Below are positions 31,535 to 45,117 of a stretch of 64,000 nt of DNA, piece by piece; positions within the stretch are counted from its first letter, which is position 1, and every line of letters starts with the position of its first letter. Source of the DNA: the human T2T-CHM13v2.0 reference genome, Homo sapiens; assembly GCF_009914755.1 (NCBI RefSeq), contig NC_060939.1. One strand, 5' to 3'. The notes beneath the pieces were generated by a model. That model saw only the letters and a program-made list of their open reading frames with translations, ran no database searches and was not told the DNA's origin. Made by a program: the position numbers and the translations under genes.

Positions 31535-34500
31535 CTCTCCTGCAGCTCCGCATCCCCGCACAGCTGAAGTCCAGCCAAGCCCTGGGCTTGGAAGACCCTT
31601 CTGCTTTCTAACCTGACAGAGGCGCGTGGAGGTGGGGGGGCCCTCAGAGCTGCAGAATGGACAAAAACTCAAAAAGGGTGTGAATTTCGCCATGAGGTCC
31701 GGGTTCCTGGGGCTTCGCTGTTGTTCTGTTTATTTTACCCGAACCCTCCTATACCATCTGTATGAGAAAATATTCTCAAATATTGAATCATGTAGGACTT
31801 TTTTTTTCTTTTAAAGGATTTGATATGTTAATGGGTTAATTTGGGCAGAGATACCTCCATCTCCAATCCCCTTCTGTCAATAACAGCTCTAGTTACCATG
31901 AGAACTTTTGGGCTTTTCTTAAACAGCCCATTCTCCTGTTCAATCTTTTTGGTAATCAAAATAGCCTCCAAAGGGCATTCTTTTAAAATCCCATAAGATC
32001 CTTCATCACTTTTGTCACCGTAGAAATAATAAACACATAAATAACCCTCCAAAGGCAAAAAATTTATCAAAAATGAGATATCAGAAATATAAAAATTCAG
32101 TGGCTCTTGGTCAGCTGGTGCTGGAAGACCCGTGGCTTACAGAAGAGAGAAGGGACCTCTGAAGTTCTGCACAGTTGTTGAAAAGCCAGATGCAAAATCT
32201 GTACCTAAGACTGGTGCGTGAGAGACTCACGTTCCTCCATTTCGAATCTGGTTAACTTGCTATGATTGAGAAGCTCGCTCACAAATCCTCACCCTCTCAT
32301 TCCTATCCTTTCTGGATTGAGTGAAAGATTTTCAGGTTGTGAAGGCTGAAGAAAATGGCTGCTGACTTCACAACCTGTTTCAGCCAAATTGCAAAGCCCC
32401 AAAGGGTCAGTAAAATTCTTGCTGGGCTTCATCAGACATTACATTTCATAGGGGCACGGGAGGAGTGTGCTCTTCTGTCTAATGAAATGTGGGCCTTCAG
32501 CCTCACTTCCACTGTGATTCTTGAAAAACATTTATTTCCTCACTAACGGTTCAGTGTTCAGCAACCTGGGAGGTTTGCCCTAGTACTATTCTACAAGGTC
32601 ACAGGTATACTTTGCAAGGTTCTGCCTCTCTTTCTCTCGGAGAGCTTATTCTCTCTTGTGGCCTAAACCTCACCTCTGTCTGCACATGACACTCAAATCA
32701 GTTTTTTTCTGCTTTATGCTTGTGTCTCCAGAGCTGTTTCAATGACTGTATTCGGAGTCTCTGCTTGCAGCGTGCTCTGCATGAGAACAGGCACCAAGCC
32801 TGCCTATAATTGGAAGATCTGCCTGAATTTCCATAGTGAAGGTCTACACTGCCTCCCAGCCCATTCATTCCCTTCATCATTTCATTCCAGTAGTTTTCTA
32901 AAGTGTGGCCACTATGTTGTTGATTATGGCAACCCAGCATCCACACAGGACAACAGGGGGCCCAGGGCCAGTCCTGGCTGCTGCTTATATTTTGGCCCCA
33001 GGGATCCATCTGATTTTGTCATTGAAGTGCTGGCACATCCATCCCCACTGATGTTTGTCAAATGATTTCCCAGCTCAGATTGGAATCTCAAAGGTAATTT
33101 TCACAAAATTGGAAACAGCTCCTCTGATATGTCCCTGAAAACAGTTTTTGTTGCCCATATGGAGGATGTGACAGGACATCACTAGGAAGATGGACAGACT
33201 CAGCCTGCAACATCCCCTTTCCACTGCCAAAGTTGTTAGCAATCCAGACAGACTGTCACCTTGAGGCTCAAAGATCATCTTACCCCCAAACACTCTGACG
33301 ACCTCTCTCCCTGTGTGCCTTGATGCAGGTACTGAGTCTTGCAGCAGAGCAGTGCCAGGCCCTGTGCTGAGGCCTGCCTGCCAGCAGGATTCGCTCCTTC
33401 CAGTAACAGGCACTGATTGAGTCCTCCCTGTATCACAGGCATCGGGGAAGAGTGGCAGGTCCAGCTGTCTATGAGCCAGACACCGTCTCTCTGTCTTCAG
33501 CCCAGCTGGATATGGAGAACATTCAACAAATAATTGCACATGTAGTTAATAATTACATTTGTGATAAATACCAGCAAGGAGAAGGATGTGTTGTCATAGA
33601 ATATGCAACAAGATGGTCTCTGGGACTGGATGGGGGTGGAGAATCAAGAAGTGTATCTTGATGGATGGGCTCAGAGGGGCTTGCAGAAGAGGGACACCAG
33701 TGTTCAGGGTCATTTGGTGGCAACGCAGGATTGGCTGGAGCTGCGGTGCTCGTGTTCACCTTGCCAGCTACCATTTCACATCCTGCAGAGGAGGCAGGAG
33801 GCAGCCGTGGAGATGGTTTTTCACAAGACAGCAAGGAGATTAAGATGGTGGAGAGGAGGACTAGCTTAATGCTCCCACTTGGACGGACAGAGCAGTGTGT
33901 GGAGACTCACATTGTGAACTTCTGCTCCAAGAAGTACCACAGGAATCTACCAAGAAAGTCAAGAGAATCCACAGACCCTTTGAAGGAACTGGATCCCTGC
34001 TACAGGCTCCCTGAGATGCCAAAAAACTATGAGTCTGCTTATTTTCTCAGTGGGGAGGCTGGTGGTCTGGGGCAAGTTCTCAGCCCTGGTCACCAGCTGC
34101 CTGGAAGTAGACTCAGTGCTGTTGCCGGGGCACAGTGGAAGTAATACTGGCCTCTAGGACTGCCGGCTGCATGGGAGTGGGGTGAGGCCTATGATTGCCG
34201 GTTTTCCCCCACTTCCCTGGCAACCTGTGTAATGCAGCAGAGACAGCCATAATCTCCCTGGAAATATAACTCCATTGGCCTGGGGGCCACACCCCCACAG
34301 CAGCCACAGCAAGCCCTGCCCCAGGAAAGTCTGAGCTCAGACATGCCTATCCCTGTCCCCACCTGGTAGTCTTTCTCTACCCTCCCTGGTAGCTGAAGAA
34401 AAAGGCCATAGTCTCTTGGGAGCTCTGTGGCCCTGCCCAACACCTGAGAAACCTGAATGCTTAACCAGGTGACCCTAGGCCAAGTTTGCATCCTCCCTCA

Positions 34501-36077
34501 TGCACCTCATGCACCTCATGCACTCTTGAAAGCACCACCTCCTGGCTGGAGGCCAACCAACACAAAATCAGCACAAAGCCAGCACACTAAACAAAAATAC
34601 AACTAAGGACCCTCACAGAGTCCACGTCACTCCCCTGTTGCCTCCACCAGAGCAGGTGTTGGTATCCACAGCTGAAGACCTGAAGACAGATCACATCATA
34701 GGACTCTTTGCAGACACTCTCCAGTACCAGCCTGAGCCTGGTAGCTCTGCTGAGTGGCAAAAAATAATCACAGCGGTTTGGCTCTCAGGAAGTCCCATCC
34801 CTACGGGAAGGAGGAGAAAACCACATAAAGGGAGCACCCTGTGGGAAAAAAGAATCTGAACAGCAGCCCTTGAGTCCCAGATCTTCCCTCTGACATAGTC
34901 TACCCAAATGAGAAGGAACCAGGAAAACAATTCGGGTAATATGACAAAACAGGCTTCTCTAACACCCCCAAAAAATCACACCAGTTTAACAGCAATGGAT
35001 ATAAACCAAGATGAAATCACTGAATTGGCAGACAAAGAATCAGAAAGTTGATTATTAAACTATCAAGGAGACACCAGAGAAAGGTGAAGTCCAACTTAAA
35101 GAAATCAAAAACATGATATAGGACATAAAGGGAAAAATCTTCAGTGAAATAGATAGCATAAATAAAAAACAATCACAACTTCTGGAAATCAAGGACACAC
35201 TTATAGAAATGCAAAATCCACTGGAAAGTCTCAGCAATAGAACTGAACAAGCAGAAGAAAGAACTTCAGAGCTCGAAGACGAGGTTTTCGAATTAACCCC
35301 ATCCACCAAAGACAAAGAATAAAGAATTTTAAAAAATGAACAAAGCTGCCAGGAAGTTTGGGACTATGTTAAGTGTCCAAACCTAAGAATAATTGGTGTA
35401 CCCGAGGAAGAAGAGAAATCTAAAAGTCTGTAAAATATATTTGAGGGAATAATTGAGAAAAACTTTCATGGCCTTGCTAGAGATCTAGACATCCAAATAC
35501 AAGAAGCTCAAAGAACACCTGGGCAATTCATCACAAAAATATCATCACCTAGACGCATAGTCATCAGGTTATCAAAAGTCAAGATAAAGGAAAGAATCTC
35601 AAGAGCTGTGAGGCAAAAGCATTAGGTAACCTATAAAGGAAAACCTGTCAGATTAACAGCAGATTTCTCAGCAAAAACCCTGCAAGCTAGAAGGGATAGG
35701 AGTCCTATTTTTAGCCTCCTTGAACAAAACAATTATCAGCCAAGAATTTTGTATCCGGCGAAACTAAGCTTCAGAAATGAAGAAAAGATAAAGTCTTTTT
35801 CAGACGAACAAATGCTGAGAGAATCTACCACTACCAAGCTGGCACTACAAGAACTGCTAAAAGGAGCTCTAAATCTTGAAACACATCCTCAAAATACACC
35901 AAAATAGAACCCCCTTAAAGCATAAATTTCACAGGACCTGTATATCAATAGCACAATGAAAAAAACAACAAAGTATTCAAGTAACAAATAGCATGATGAA
36001 TAGAATACTACCTTACTTCTCAATACTAACGTTGAATGTAAATGGCCTAAATGCTCCACTTAAAAGATACAGAATGG

Positions 36078-36379
36078 GGCCGGGTGCGGTGGCTCATGCC
36101 TGTAATCCCAGCACTTTAGGAGGCCGAGGCGGGCGGATCATGAGGTCAGGAGATCGAGACCATCCTGGCTAACACGGTGAAACCCCATCTCTACTAAAAA
36201 TACAAAAAAATAGAAAAAAATTAGCCGGGCGTGTTGTTGGGCGCCCTCAGCCTGTGAGAGGCTGAGGCAGGAGAACGGTGTGAACCCAGGAGGCGGAGGT
36301 TGCACTGAGCCGAGATCATGCCACTGCACTCCAGCTTGGGCGACAGAGCGAGACTCTGTCTCAAAAAAAAAAAAAAAAA
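36078..36379 (+). mobile_element. AluY/Sc-like, TSD aaaagatacagaatgg
   Basis: TSD at 36062-36077 and 36376-36391. Confidence 0.93.
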
Positions 36380-36390
36380 GATACAGAATG

Positions 36391-36683
36391 GGCCCAGTGC
36401 AGTGGCTCATGCCTGTAATCCCAGCACTTTGGGAGGCCAAGACAGGTGTATCACCTGAGGTCAGGAGTTCGAGAACAGCCTGGCCAACATGGTGAAAACC
36501 CAAATACAAAAAAATTAGCTGGTCATGTGGGTGCATGCCTGTAATCTCAGCTACTCAGGAGACTGAGGTGGGAGAATTACTGGAACCCAGGATGGAGATT
36601 ACAGTGAGCTGAGATCATGCCACTGCACCCCAGCCTGGGTGACAGAGTGAGACACCATCTCAAAACAAACAAACAAACAAAAA
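36391..36683 (+). mobile_element. AluS
   Basis: Full Alu with (CAAA)n tail. Confidence 0.93.
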
Positions 36684-37702
36684 GGAATGGCAGAATGGAT
36701 ACAAATTTACCAACCAAGTTTCTGCTGTCTTCAGGAGACTCAGCTAACACATAAGCACTCACATAAACTTAAGGTAAAGGGGTGGAAAAAGATATTCCGT
36801 GCAAATAGAGACCAAAAGTGAGTAGGAGTAACTATTTTTATATCAGACAAAACAAACATTAAAGCAACAGCAGTTAAAAAAGACAGAAGGCAGTTTGTGG
36901 GGAAGAGGGGGCTTAGGGAGCACATAGCACTGGGCAGACCTGGTGGGGGCAGGAGGGCTGGAGAGTGAGGCTTGGAAGTTTCCTAATTCCATGGGCCAGG
37001 GTCCTGCCAGTGTTTATCTCTACCTTTCAAAATCTGTACTATCATTGGAGTCAAATGTACATTTGCACACAAAAACTAAACAAAGAAATGAAAACAAAAG
37101 TCTGCCCCATGTCAAACCAACATCTGGGATGCCTGCTCAAAGCCAGCTCTTGTTTCTGTTTCTTCTTCTGTTCCTCTGGAGGATCTTCTATCCCTCGTTT
37201 CTTGATTTAGATACTTTCTATTATTCCTTGCCTCTTCTCTCTTTCCACTCCCTCTCAATTTTTCTTAGTTATGGTCTGATTTTTACTTCTTTTGCCTTTA
37301 AAACTTTTTATGAGTTGTGTGAGCATATTTTTCTGGTTGCACCAATTTGACAGTCTCTCTTGTCTCCCTTTTATCTGAGATGAGGAAATATTTTTCCCTG
37401 TGCTTCCCTTCTGCTAGTTTCCGGAGCTGTACCTGACTTTCACATTTATGACGTTTTAACTCTTACACTCCTATTCCTTAATCCCAAGTCTCCTGGGCTT
37501 GCTCTAGATGTTGACTGAAAACTAAGAAGCAGCCTTCACAATATTAGGAGGATTGTCACTGCAAACAGGAGTGTAGTGCACTTGGCTGCAGATAGAAGGA
37601 CCTGGGATTCCCAGACTGATACATCTAAGAAGCACATACTAAAATTCAAAGTCAAGTCAAATGAAGTCTCAAACACTTTTGTAGCCTATCTAAAGGTATA
37701 AA

Positions 37703-37895
37703 GCAGGGATTCGCAAATATTTTCTGTACAGAATCAAATAGCAGATATTTAGGCTTTGGGGCCATAGGGTGTCTGTCACAGCCACTACCCTCTGCTGTTG
37801 CAGAGTGGAAGCAGCCATAGAAACTGCAGGATAAAATAAGTGTCATGAGTTCCAACAAAACTGATTTACAAAAAGAGGCCACTGCCAAACCCTGG
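37703..37895 (+). mobile_element. MER58A-like hAT-Charlie MITE
   Basis: 'cagggattcgcaaatattttctgtac...atttaggctttggggccata...ccaacaaaactgatttacaaaa'. Confidence 0.7.
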
Positions 37896-37899
37896 TCCA

Positions 37900-38050
37900 A
37901 TGCAGAGGATCAAAAACCCCTGGAGGGCTTGCTGAAGGCAGATTGCTGGGTGCCATCCACAGTTCCTGATTCAGCAGGTCTGGGGTGGCCTAAGGATGTG
38001 TATTTCTAACAAGTTTCCAGGAGGTGTCCATGCTGCTAGCCCATGGCATG
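37900..38050. mobile_element. MER5A-like
   Basis: 'cagattgctggg...ctgattcagcaggtctggggtggcc...tttctaacaagtttccagg'. Confidence 0.7.
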
Positions 38051-38349
38051 TGCTTGTTGCTTGGCACTAAAGCATGACTCTCTTCTACATATTTGTGAGT
38101 TTCCTAGAATTCCCAACATTTTCCCTTTGTTTTAAACTTGTCCTCTGACTTATCACCAAGATTTTCCACCATCGTGATGCTTTTGCTTTCACAAGTCTGC
38201 TTTCTTCTTAAACGTTTCTCCCTAGCAACATTTGCACCTGCACTCCCCTGACCTTGCACTGTGGTAGACCAGTTGCTCTCTAAGTCTGCTGCTCAGTTGT
38301 CATCTGAGATAGTCCTTTATTGTCTTGAGGATGGGGCTATGTCTCCTTT

Positions 38350-39160
38350 TGTCTAGGATTTTTATTGGTTTTACTGCAGAATATCATCAAGGATTTATCT
38401 TTTTCACTGAAGATGCATAAAGGGTAAACATTCTGAGGCCTAGGATGACTGAAAATGTGTTTATTTGGCATCGACACTCAGTATAATTTTTTTTTACCAG
38501 GTGTAGAATTCTAAGTTGAAAATAATTTCCTCTGTGGACTTTGAAGTTACTGCCTCATTGTATTCCAGTGTTACTAATGAGAAATCTGATGCGAGTTTGA
38601 CTGTGATTTCTTTACAGATGCCCTGTTTTGTTCCTTGTCTTCTAAAACATCACAATGATGCATTTAGGGGTGGGTGATTTTTTTATATCTCCTGATCAAC
38701 CGTCGGTGACTTTTTAAGTCGAGATGCACGCAGCACCTCCTCATAGCTCTGGAAAATGTTCTCCTAATAGGCTATTCTTTGATCATTTCATTTTTATCAG
38801 TTTCTGTATTTTCTCTTTATGTAACTCTTTGGACTTCCTGGATTTAAATGCTCTTATTAAACTTTTTTTCTCATATCTCTCTTCATGTTTTCTCTTTTTA
38901 TGTACATGCTGACAGTTGTCCTTCAAGTTTTCTTTCAGACATCGTGTCTTTATTGTAATGATTATATTTCTAATATTTAAGAATATTTTATTTTCTGATT
39001 TCCTCTTTTTCATTGACATATGCCCTTGTTTAATGGGTGCAATATTGTCCAGCTTCTCTTTAAGATACAAGTTAGAATATTTTAAAAGTGTACTACATTT
39101 GATGAATTTTTGAATTTTTGCCATCTTTCTCCTGAGTCAATTATTCTGTTTATGCATCTT
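38350..39160 (-). mobile_element. Ancient L1ME-like fragment
   Basis: T-rich degenerate L1 ('gtagaattctaagttgaaaataatttcc', 'tgagaaatctgatgc'). Confidence 0.5.
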
Positions 39161-39164
39161 GGCC

Positions 39165-40116
39165 TATTATGAATAGAATGTTTGTGTCTCCCCCAGATCC
39201 ACAGGTTTAAGCCATAATGCCCGGTGTGGCTATATTTGGAGGTGGGGGAGGGGGGTCTATAAAGAACTAAAGTTAATAAGATCTTAAGGGTGGGGCTTTG
39301 ATCCGAAGGGATTTGTGTTCTTATAAGAAGATACACCCCAGTGCTCTCTCACAGCATCTCTCTGTCTCTTTTCATGCAAGCCCCAAGGAAAGACCATGTG
39401 AAGACACATGGAGAAGGTGGCTGTCTGCAAGCCAGGAAAAGAGCCCTCACCAGGAACATGTTGAGAGAAGCAGTCACACAAACGTAGTCTTTTGACCTCT
39501 GTACAGTTGCATAGGAGTGTGCCTTGGGTTAGGAACATTTTCTTACAAAGAGATAAAGAGCTTTCACAGCCTGCGCTGTCCATTACCCTTTATGGGGAAC
39601 CTCTTTCTCTGTTCTGGACTGGAGGCGTACTTCTTCGTTCTACTAAAGCATGTGCATCATATGGCACCTGAACGACCCCACTGCTGGGAACAGGGGCCTT
39701 TGTCTATAGCATGAGTGTGTGGAACATCTCCCTGTGCTGGCTGTGGGGTGAGACCCACTGGCCATGAGGGATCAACAGTCGAAACTGAAGCTGCTCTTGC
39801 TCTGTGTCTTCTCTATGTGCATAAAGCGTTGTTCCATCCAGTGCCTGCATGAGTCGTGCCTGAAAATCATGTGGTGGGTTGACGTCTTGGGATTACTGCT
39901 CCTGGAGGCAGGCATTGTTATGCTTTCTGTTCTCCACTGTTTAGTGGGACTCTGCTGCTGGAGGTGGTCACAGGTGTCACTTGCTTGACTTGGACTTCCA
40001 GCCTCCAGAAACTTAATCTTGAACTTGCATCCTCCATCACTGTGAGAAAAAATTTCTGTTGTTTGAAGCACTCAATCTATGACATTTTGTGATGTCAACC
40101 TGAGCAGACTAAGACA
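39165..40116 (+). mobile_element. MLT1A-like MaLR LTR split by a nested LTR
   Basis: MLT1 motifs 39165-39458, resuming about 39990 and ending '...agcagactaagaca'. Confidence 0.8.
39459..39989 (+). mobile_element. Nested solo LTR (possibly MER54/MER73/MER74-class ERVL)
   Basis: Starts with TG, about 530 bp, interrupts MLT1; family recalled, not verified. Confidence 0.5.
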
Positions 40117-40767
40117 TGACCCCTCTTTTGTATGTAATTAGGTTTATTTAATATTGAATGGACTTTGTTGATCCTCAGGTTTATTCCCCTACCCCTGGAT
40201 GACAGACTGCAGACTGCTGCCCCCATACAAACATGAGGGTAGCTTTATTTGTAAGAGCTGACATCCACATAGGGAGCCCTAACACTCCCTCTGCAGTCCA
40301 GTGACAATTATGTTGACTGTCAGTGAATGTCCAAGTCAGTGTGTGTTCAAGGGGCAGCCAGCTGACATTTGCCTGCAATGTGGATGTGGCAGCACATCCT
40401 GCCAGTGTGGCAGAGGGGGGACCCTGGCCTCAGCATGGGAATGTTCCCTGGAAGGCTCAGTCCTTTCATCATTCAGGTTATCATGGCGTCATCATTCGTG
40501 TAATGTACTGTGAGGCCATGTGGCCCTCACTCATATATACCTGACATGTGACACAAATTCACTGTTTGTCTGTTTGTTTTATTATAGAATTTTTTTCACT
40601 TAATACAAAGTGGAAAACTTATAGAAAGCACAAGCATATTTCTGTGTGTTCTCAGTGTCTTTGGGCCATAGTTTCTGCAGAATATCTTGGAATTGGTTCA
40701 CTTGGAGCATAATGCCAGAGCAGCATTTTCCTAACAGATATCTCAGGGTTGGTGAGGCACCTCCCCT

Positions 40768-41200
40768 TGTCAGAGAAAGAGCACTGGACACTGTTAGAGG
40801 CAGCAAGACAGATTTCACTCAGACTACTGCAGTAGGGCAGAGAGGCTCCAGTATGAATCAGTTTAATTCCAAATAAGACAAAGGTGACTGGGGATTTTCA
40901 AAGGGAGATCTGATAGGGCACACAACGAGATTATGGGAAGTAAAAAAAGGGGGACCAGAAAAGAGACTGGGGGCTATAAGTAGGAAGCTACAGAGTGGAG
41001 TTGCAGAGGATTACTGAAAATGGTTTGGCCTTGTGGGTTGGGACAATTTACATCTGGCAGTTCAGGAGCATTGCATTTTCTTGAGCAGAGACTCACACAA
41101 GAGCTGTGTCACTTTTAGGCACATGACTAGTGCAGGTAGAAGCCAGGCTGAAGTGTGGCCAAGGATCTCAGCACTGCATGTGGGCAAGTCCTTTGGGTCA
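40768..41200 (-). mobile_element. Probable ERV1 solo LTR (MER31/MER67-like)
   Basis: 'gcaagacagatttcactcagactactgcagtaggg' resembles this class. Confidence 0.35.
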
Positions 41201-41798
41201 TTGGGGAGTTCACAGTTCACACCCCAACCCAAATAAAACATTTGGAAACAAAAACATTTGGAAATCACGCAAGGTCTATCTTCCCACTTTCCCACCTGTG
41301 GACATATAGGAAGTTTTGCATGAAAGAAACTTTGTTTTCTGTCATGCAACATTTCTCAAACATTCTTGGTATCCTACACGAAATCTATTTATATCCAACA
41401 TAACTAATGTTCTGAGGAACCCACTTTATGAAACAGGATTTTGTACTGCTATTAGTGGTGAGTCACAATAAGAAGGGAAAGATACCCAAGCTCGCATTGT
41501 GAGAGGTCATACAGAGATGGGTCCAAATGGAATCAGGAGTTGAAAAGCATAGAGATGTCCCTAGAAACTGGAGGAGACCACCAAGTTGTTCTAAAGCCAG
41601 GAGAAGAATCTAACATTGGCCTGAAAGCTAAAGCCTACCTGTGGGTACAAATTGGACAAAGGATACTTTGCTGGACAGTCAGAAATTCAGCTGTGGAGCA
41701 CCAGGCTGGCAATGAGCTCTGCCCTCAGGCACGCCACATAGGCAGCACCAGGACTGAGGACATCTGAGGCTGAGAACGGATGTAAGAACCATCTTGGG

Positions 41799-42195
41799 TG
41801 TTGTGAGATGAATTGCATCCCCCCCAAATTCAGATGTTGAAGTTCTAACCACCCCTTTGGTGCCTCAAAATTCAGAACGTGACTGGATTTGGAGCTAGAG
41901 TGTTTAAAAAGGCAATTAAGGTTAAACGAGGTCATATGCCTGGGTCCTAATTCAATATGACTTCCGTCCTTAAGAGGAGATTAGGATGCAGTCCTGCACA
42001 AAGGGAAGAACAGGCAGAGACAAAGGAAGATAGCAGCCATCTACACATCAAAGAGACAGGCCTCAGGAGAAAGCAACTCTGCTGACACCTCGATCTTAGA
42101 CTTCTAGCTTCTAGAATTGCGAGAAAATAAACTTCTGTCACTTAAACCACTCTGTCTGTGGTATTTTGTTATGGCAGCCCTAATAAACTAATACA
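41799..42195 (+). mobile_element. MLT1B/C LTR
   Basis: TG...CA ends; 'gtattttgttatggcagccctaataaactaataca'. Confidence 0.85.
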
Positions 42196-43939
42196 CTAGG
42201 GGCACAGAGCAGGTGGGGAAGCCAGATGCAATCGGTCAAAAGAAAAAAAAACTATTTAGTAGCCAAAGAAGACGGGTGCAAATAAGCAAGCCACGGTTAG
42301 AGTCTACAACAGTTAGCTTAACTCTGAGCCTAACCCTAGCTGGCCAAGAGACACAGACCATCATGACAAGGGACTGGGGGACTGGACTTTCCAGGAGGAC
42401 TGGAACACAGGACAAAGCAGTGGGCAGGACCCAGCTCCCCTATCAGACAGGGAAGAATCAGAGACTTGTAGCCACAGGGAGCTCTTCAAAATTCATGCTG
42501 GAGCTGGAACCAATCTCAAGATATGAATTGAGTTGAGAGATGTGAGATATTTAAGATGCTGATCATAAAGTTATCATGTCTGAGCCTGGAGCAGAGAGTA
42601 CCGGTGACATGAAGCAATCCCAATTGTTTTAGATGATTTAAATCTATGACAATTAGCCTTATCTCTGTGTTCATCACAACATTTGGACATGACCATGGCG
42701 AAGAAATTACTGCCAGTTGTACTTAATGGGCTCAAATTCAAGCTGAAGTTTTAAAACATGAAAATAAGAAGATTTTATTAATATATAAATTGTAATGTTT
42801 TCAAGGGAGAGTTAGCATCACAGTCCCTTTGCAAAATGTTGTCTAGGGAAGCTCAATTTAAGTGTTTCTCATTGGGCCAATGGAGACTTAACAGAAAACA
42901 CATCTTGACAATAGATTTGGTCTGTTGAAATGATGACGTTTGTTGGCCAAGGACTGAGGATTCATGCTGTGCACTGCCAAGTCCTATGCTCTTCTTCAAC
43001 TCTGCTACTGCCTGCTTTTCATTGTCGTCATTGGTTCTTCTTCCAGAGTACAAAGAAGAAAAGAACATAGGGCAAAAAGTGCTATTTGTGACTTTTTAGC
43101 ACACATAAAGTAATTATAAGTAGGCATGAAAGCAAGGCATCCCAGAGTTTGGAAAGTTTAATAAACACACTTTAGTTAAAGTGTAGGTAAGTGGGTAAGT
43201 ATGCAAAGTTAGACTTAAAAAAACAGACCGTGCAAAAACAAGACAAAATTGCATTTTAATTGATGATATTGATCTACCTGAAGAAGTAATGTGTCACTTA
43301 GAAGAAAAGAGTCCAGCGTGGATTACAAGAAGACATAATCAGAGATGCAAGTTGAAGGTCATTTAAGAAAACATGTCAGTGAAGTTCCTTCCAGGCCTGT
43401 GCTTGGGGGCCATACACATTCACTGAGTGAACTTACATATAAGACCTCTAACTAATTCCCATTGCTGTGAATCTATATGCACCACAAAACTTTCGGATTC
43501 TCATTTGACTTCCCTTAAGTCAGAATAAACTTTCGGTTTTGTGGTAGATAATTTTATTATAAAATAATTATTTTGCTTCATATATTGGTTTCCTGTCTGC
43601 TTGTTATTGTGGATTTTCTTCAGTGATGGCCCTCAGCCTCTACTGAGGCACAAACAAAACCAAGTTTTGCTATGGCAAAGGAGGTGGCGACTGTGAAATG
43701 CTCTAGTGCAACTCAGGACTGCTGGGGAGGCACCGGTTTGGAGCAGGCATGCAGGCATCCCTCTGCTGGTACCCTCTCACCTGACCTAGGCCTGCAATCC
43801 AGAACAACGCTTTTGGGAAGAAAAACTGATGTCTGGAACTGATAGGGAACCTGAAGAATTTATGTGGTTTATTATTGTGTCTGTGCCTTGAACTCTTTTT
43901 AGCAAATAAAATCTAATTGAGTTTAATTGAATTGAACAT

Positions 43940-44465
43940 GGATACATTACATAGATAACATTTTCTAAGGCTACAGCTGCCATAGATAGTGATCGCTTTG
44001 ATGTATCCAGGCAAAGTAAATAAAAAGCCTTTTGGAAAGGACTCACCATTCTAGACGCCACAAAGAACATGTGTAATTCATGGGAGGAGGTCAAAATATC
44101 AACATTAACAGGAGATTGGAAGAAGTGTATTCCAACCCTAAGGATGATTTTGAGGGGTTCAAGGCTTCAGTGGGAGAAGTAACTGCAGTTGTGGTGAAAA
44201 TAGCAAGAAAACTAGAATTAGAAGTGGAGAATTGCTGCATCTCTTGATAAACTTGAATGGATGAGGAGTTTCTTCTTATGAGTTACCAAAGAAAGTGATT
44301 AGTTAAGATGGAATCTACTCATGGTGAAGATACCATGAACACCATTGAAATGACTACAAAGGATTTAAAATATTACATAAATTTAGTTAGTAAAGAAGTG
44401 GCAGGGTTTGAGAGGATTGACTTCAATTCTGATTGAAGTTCTACAGTGGATAAAATGCTATTAAA
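43940..44465 (+). mobile_element. Tigger1 internal fragment
   Basis: 'aaggctacagctgccatagatagtgat...tcatgggaggaggtcaaaatatcaacattaacagg'. Confidence 0.85.
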
Positions 44466-45117
44466 GGAAACTTGCTTAAGGAAAGAGCCCAGGGAGGGAT
44501 AACTTAAGCCAGCATTTGAGTTGAGGAGACAGAATTGGGACAGAGTTGGCTCAGGGGAACCAACGTAGCTAGAGTTCATGGGACAGAGTACGAGGGAAGA
44601 GACAACGAGAGAGAGAGAGGAAGAAGAAGAGGCAGAGCAAAAGGAAGAGGAAGAGAAGAGAGGAAGAGAGGAAAGAAGAGAGAGACATTGAACTCCAGAT
44701 ATCTGCAAAGATGTCACTTGAGTCTCCAGGTTAGTATTGATAAGTGCATGTGTATGAAAATATCCAAGACCAAAGTACAGTCTAATGAAGTAGGCATAAT
44801 AATTTCCAGGGATCACATGGAACTAGGGATATTTTGTTTCTATCAGCCAGAAAGGCAAACTGTTAAAATGCATGACACATTGGGTACAGTAATCGGAAAT
44901 ATATTGGCTCAGTAACAGAAAAAAAAAATAGCCCTTGATTAAAGGTTTGATCTATCCCACGTAAGAAAGATTAAAAGCAAAGCTAGAAAAGATCAGATTT
45001 GTTTCTAAATAACTTATCTGCATCCTAAAACAAAACTAAAAAATTTTTTTAAATACAGTAATGTATTAAAACATACTGAAACTCAATACATACAGAGAAA
45101 CGAAGATAAGAATAAGA

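Larger units (their letters stand above)
33838..36889 (+). mobile_element. L1PB-like 5' portion (5' UTR, decayed ORF1, start of ORF2), 3'-truncated
   Basis: 'aagatggtggagaggaggactagc...ggacagagcagtgtgtggagactc' 5' end; ORF1-like sequence about 34907-35907; endonuclease start 'aatgtaaatggcctaaatgctccac'. Confidence 0.8.

Noticed and set aside
34496-34523. (cctcatgca)x3 and a similar 15-bp duplication near 55602
   Set aside because: Ordinary slippage duplications, not spacer-containing arrays.
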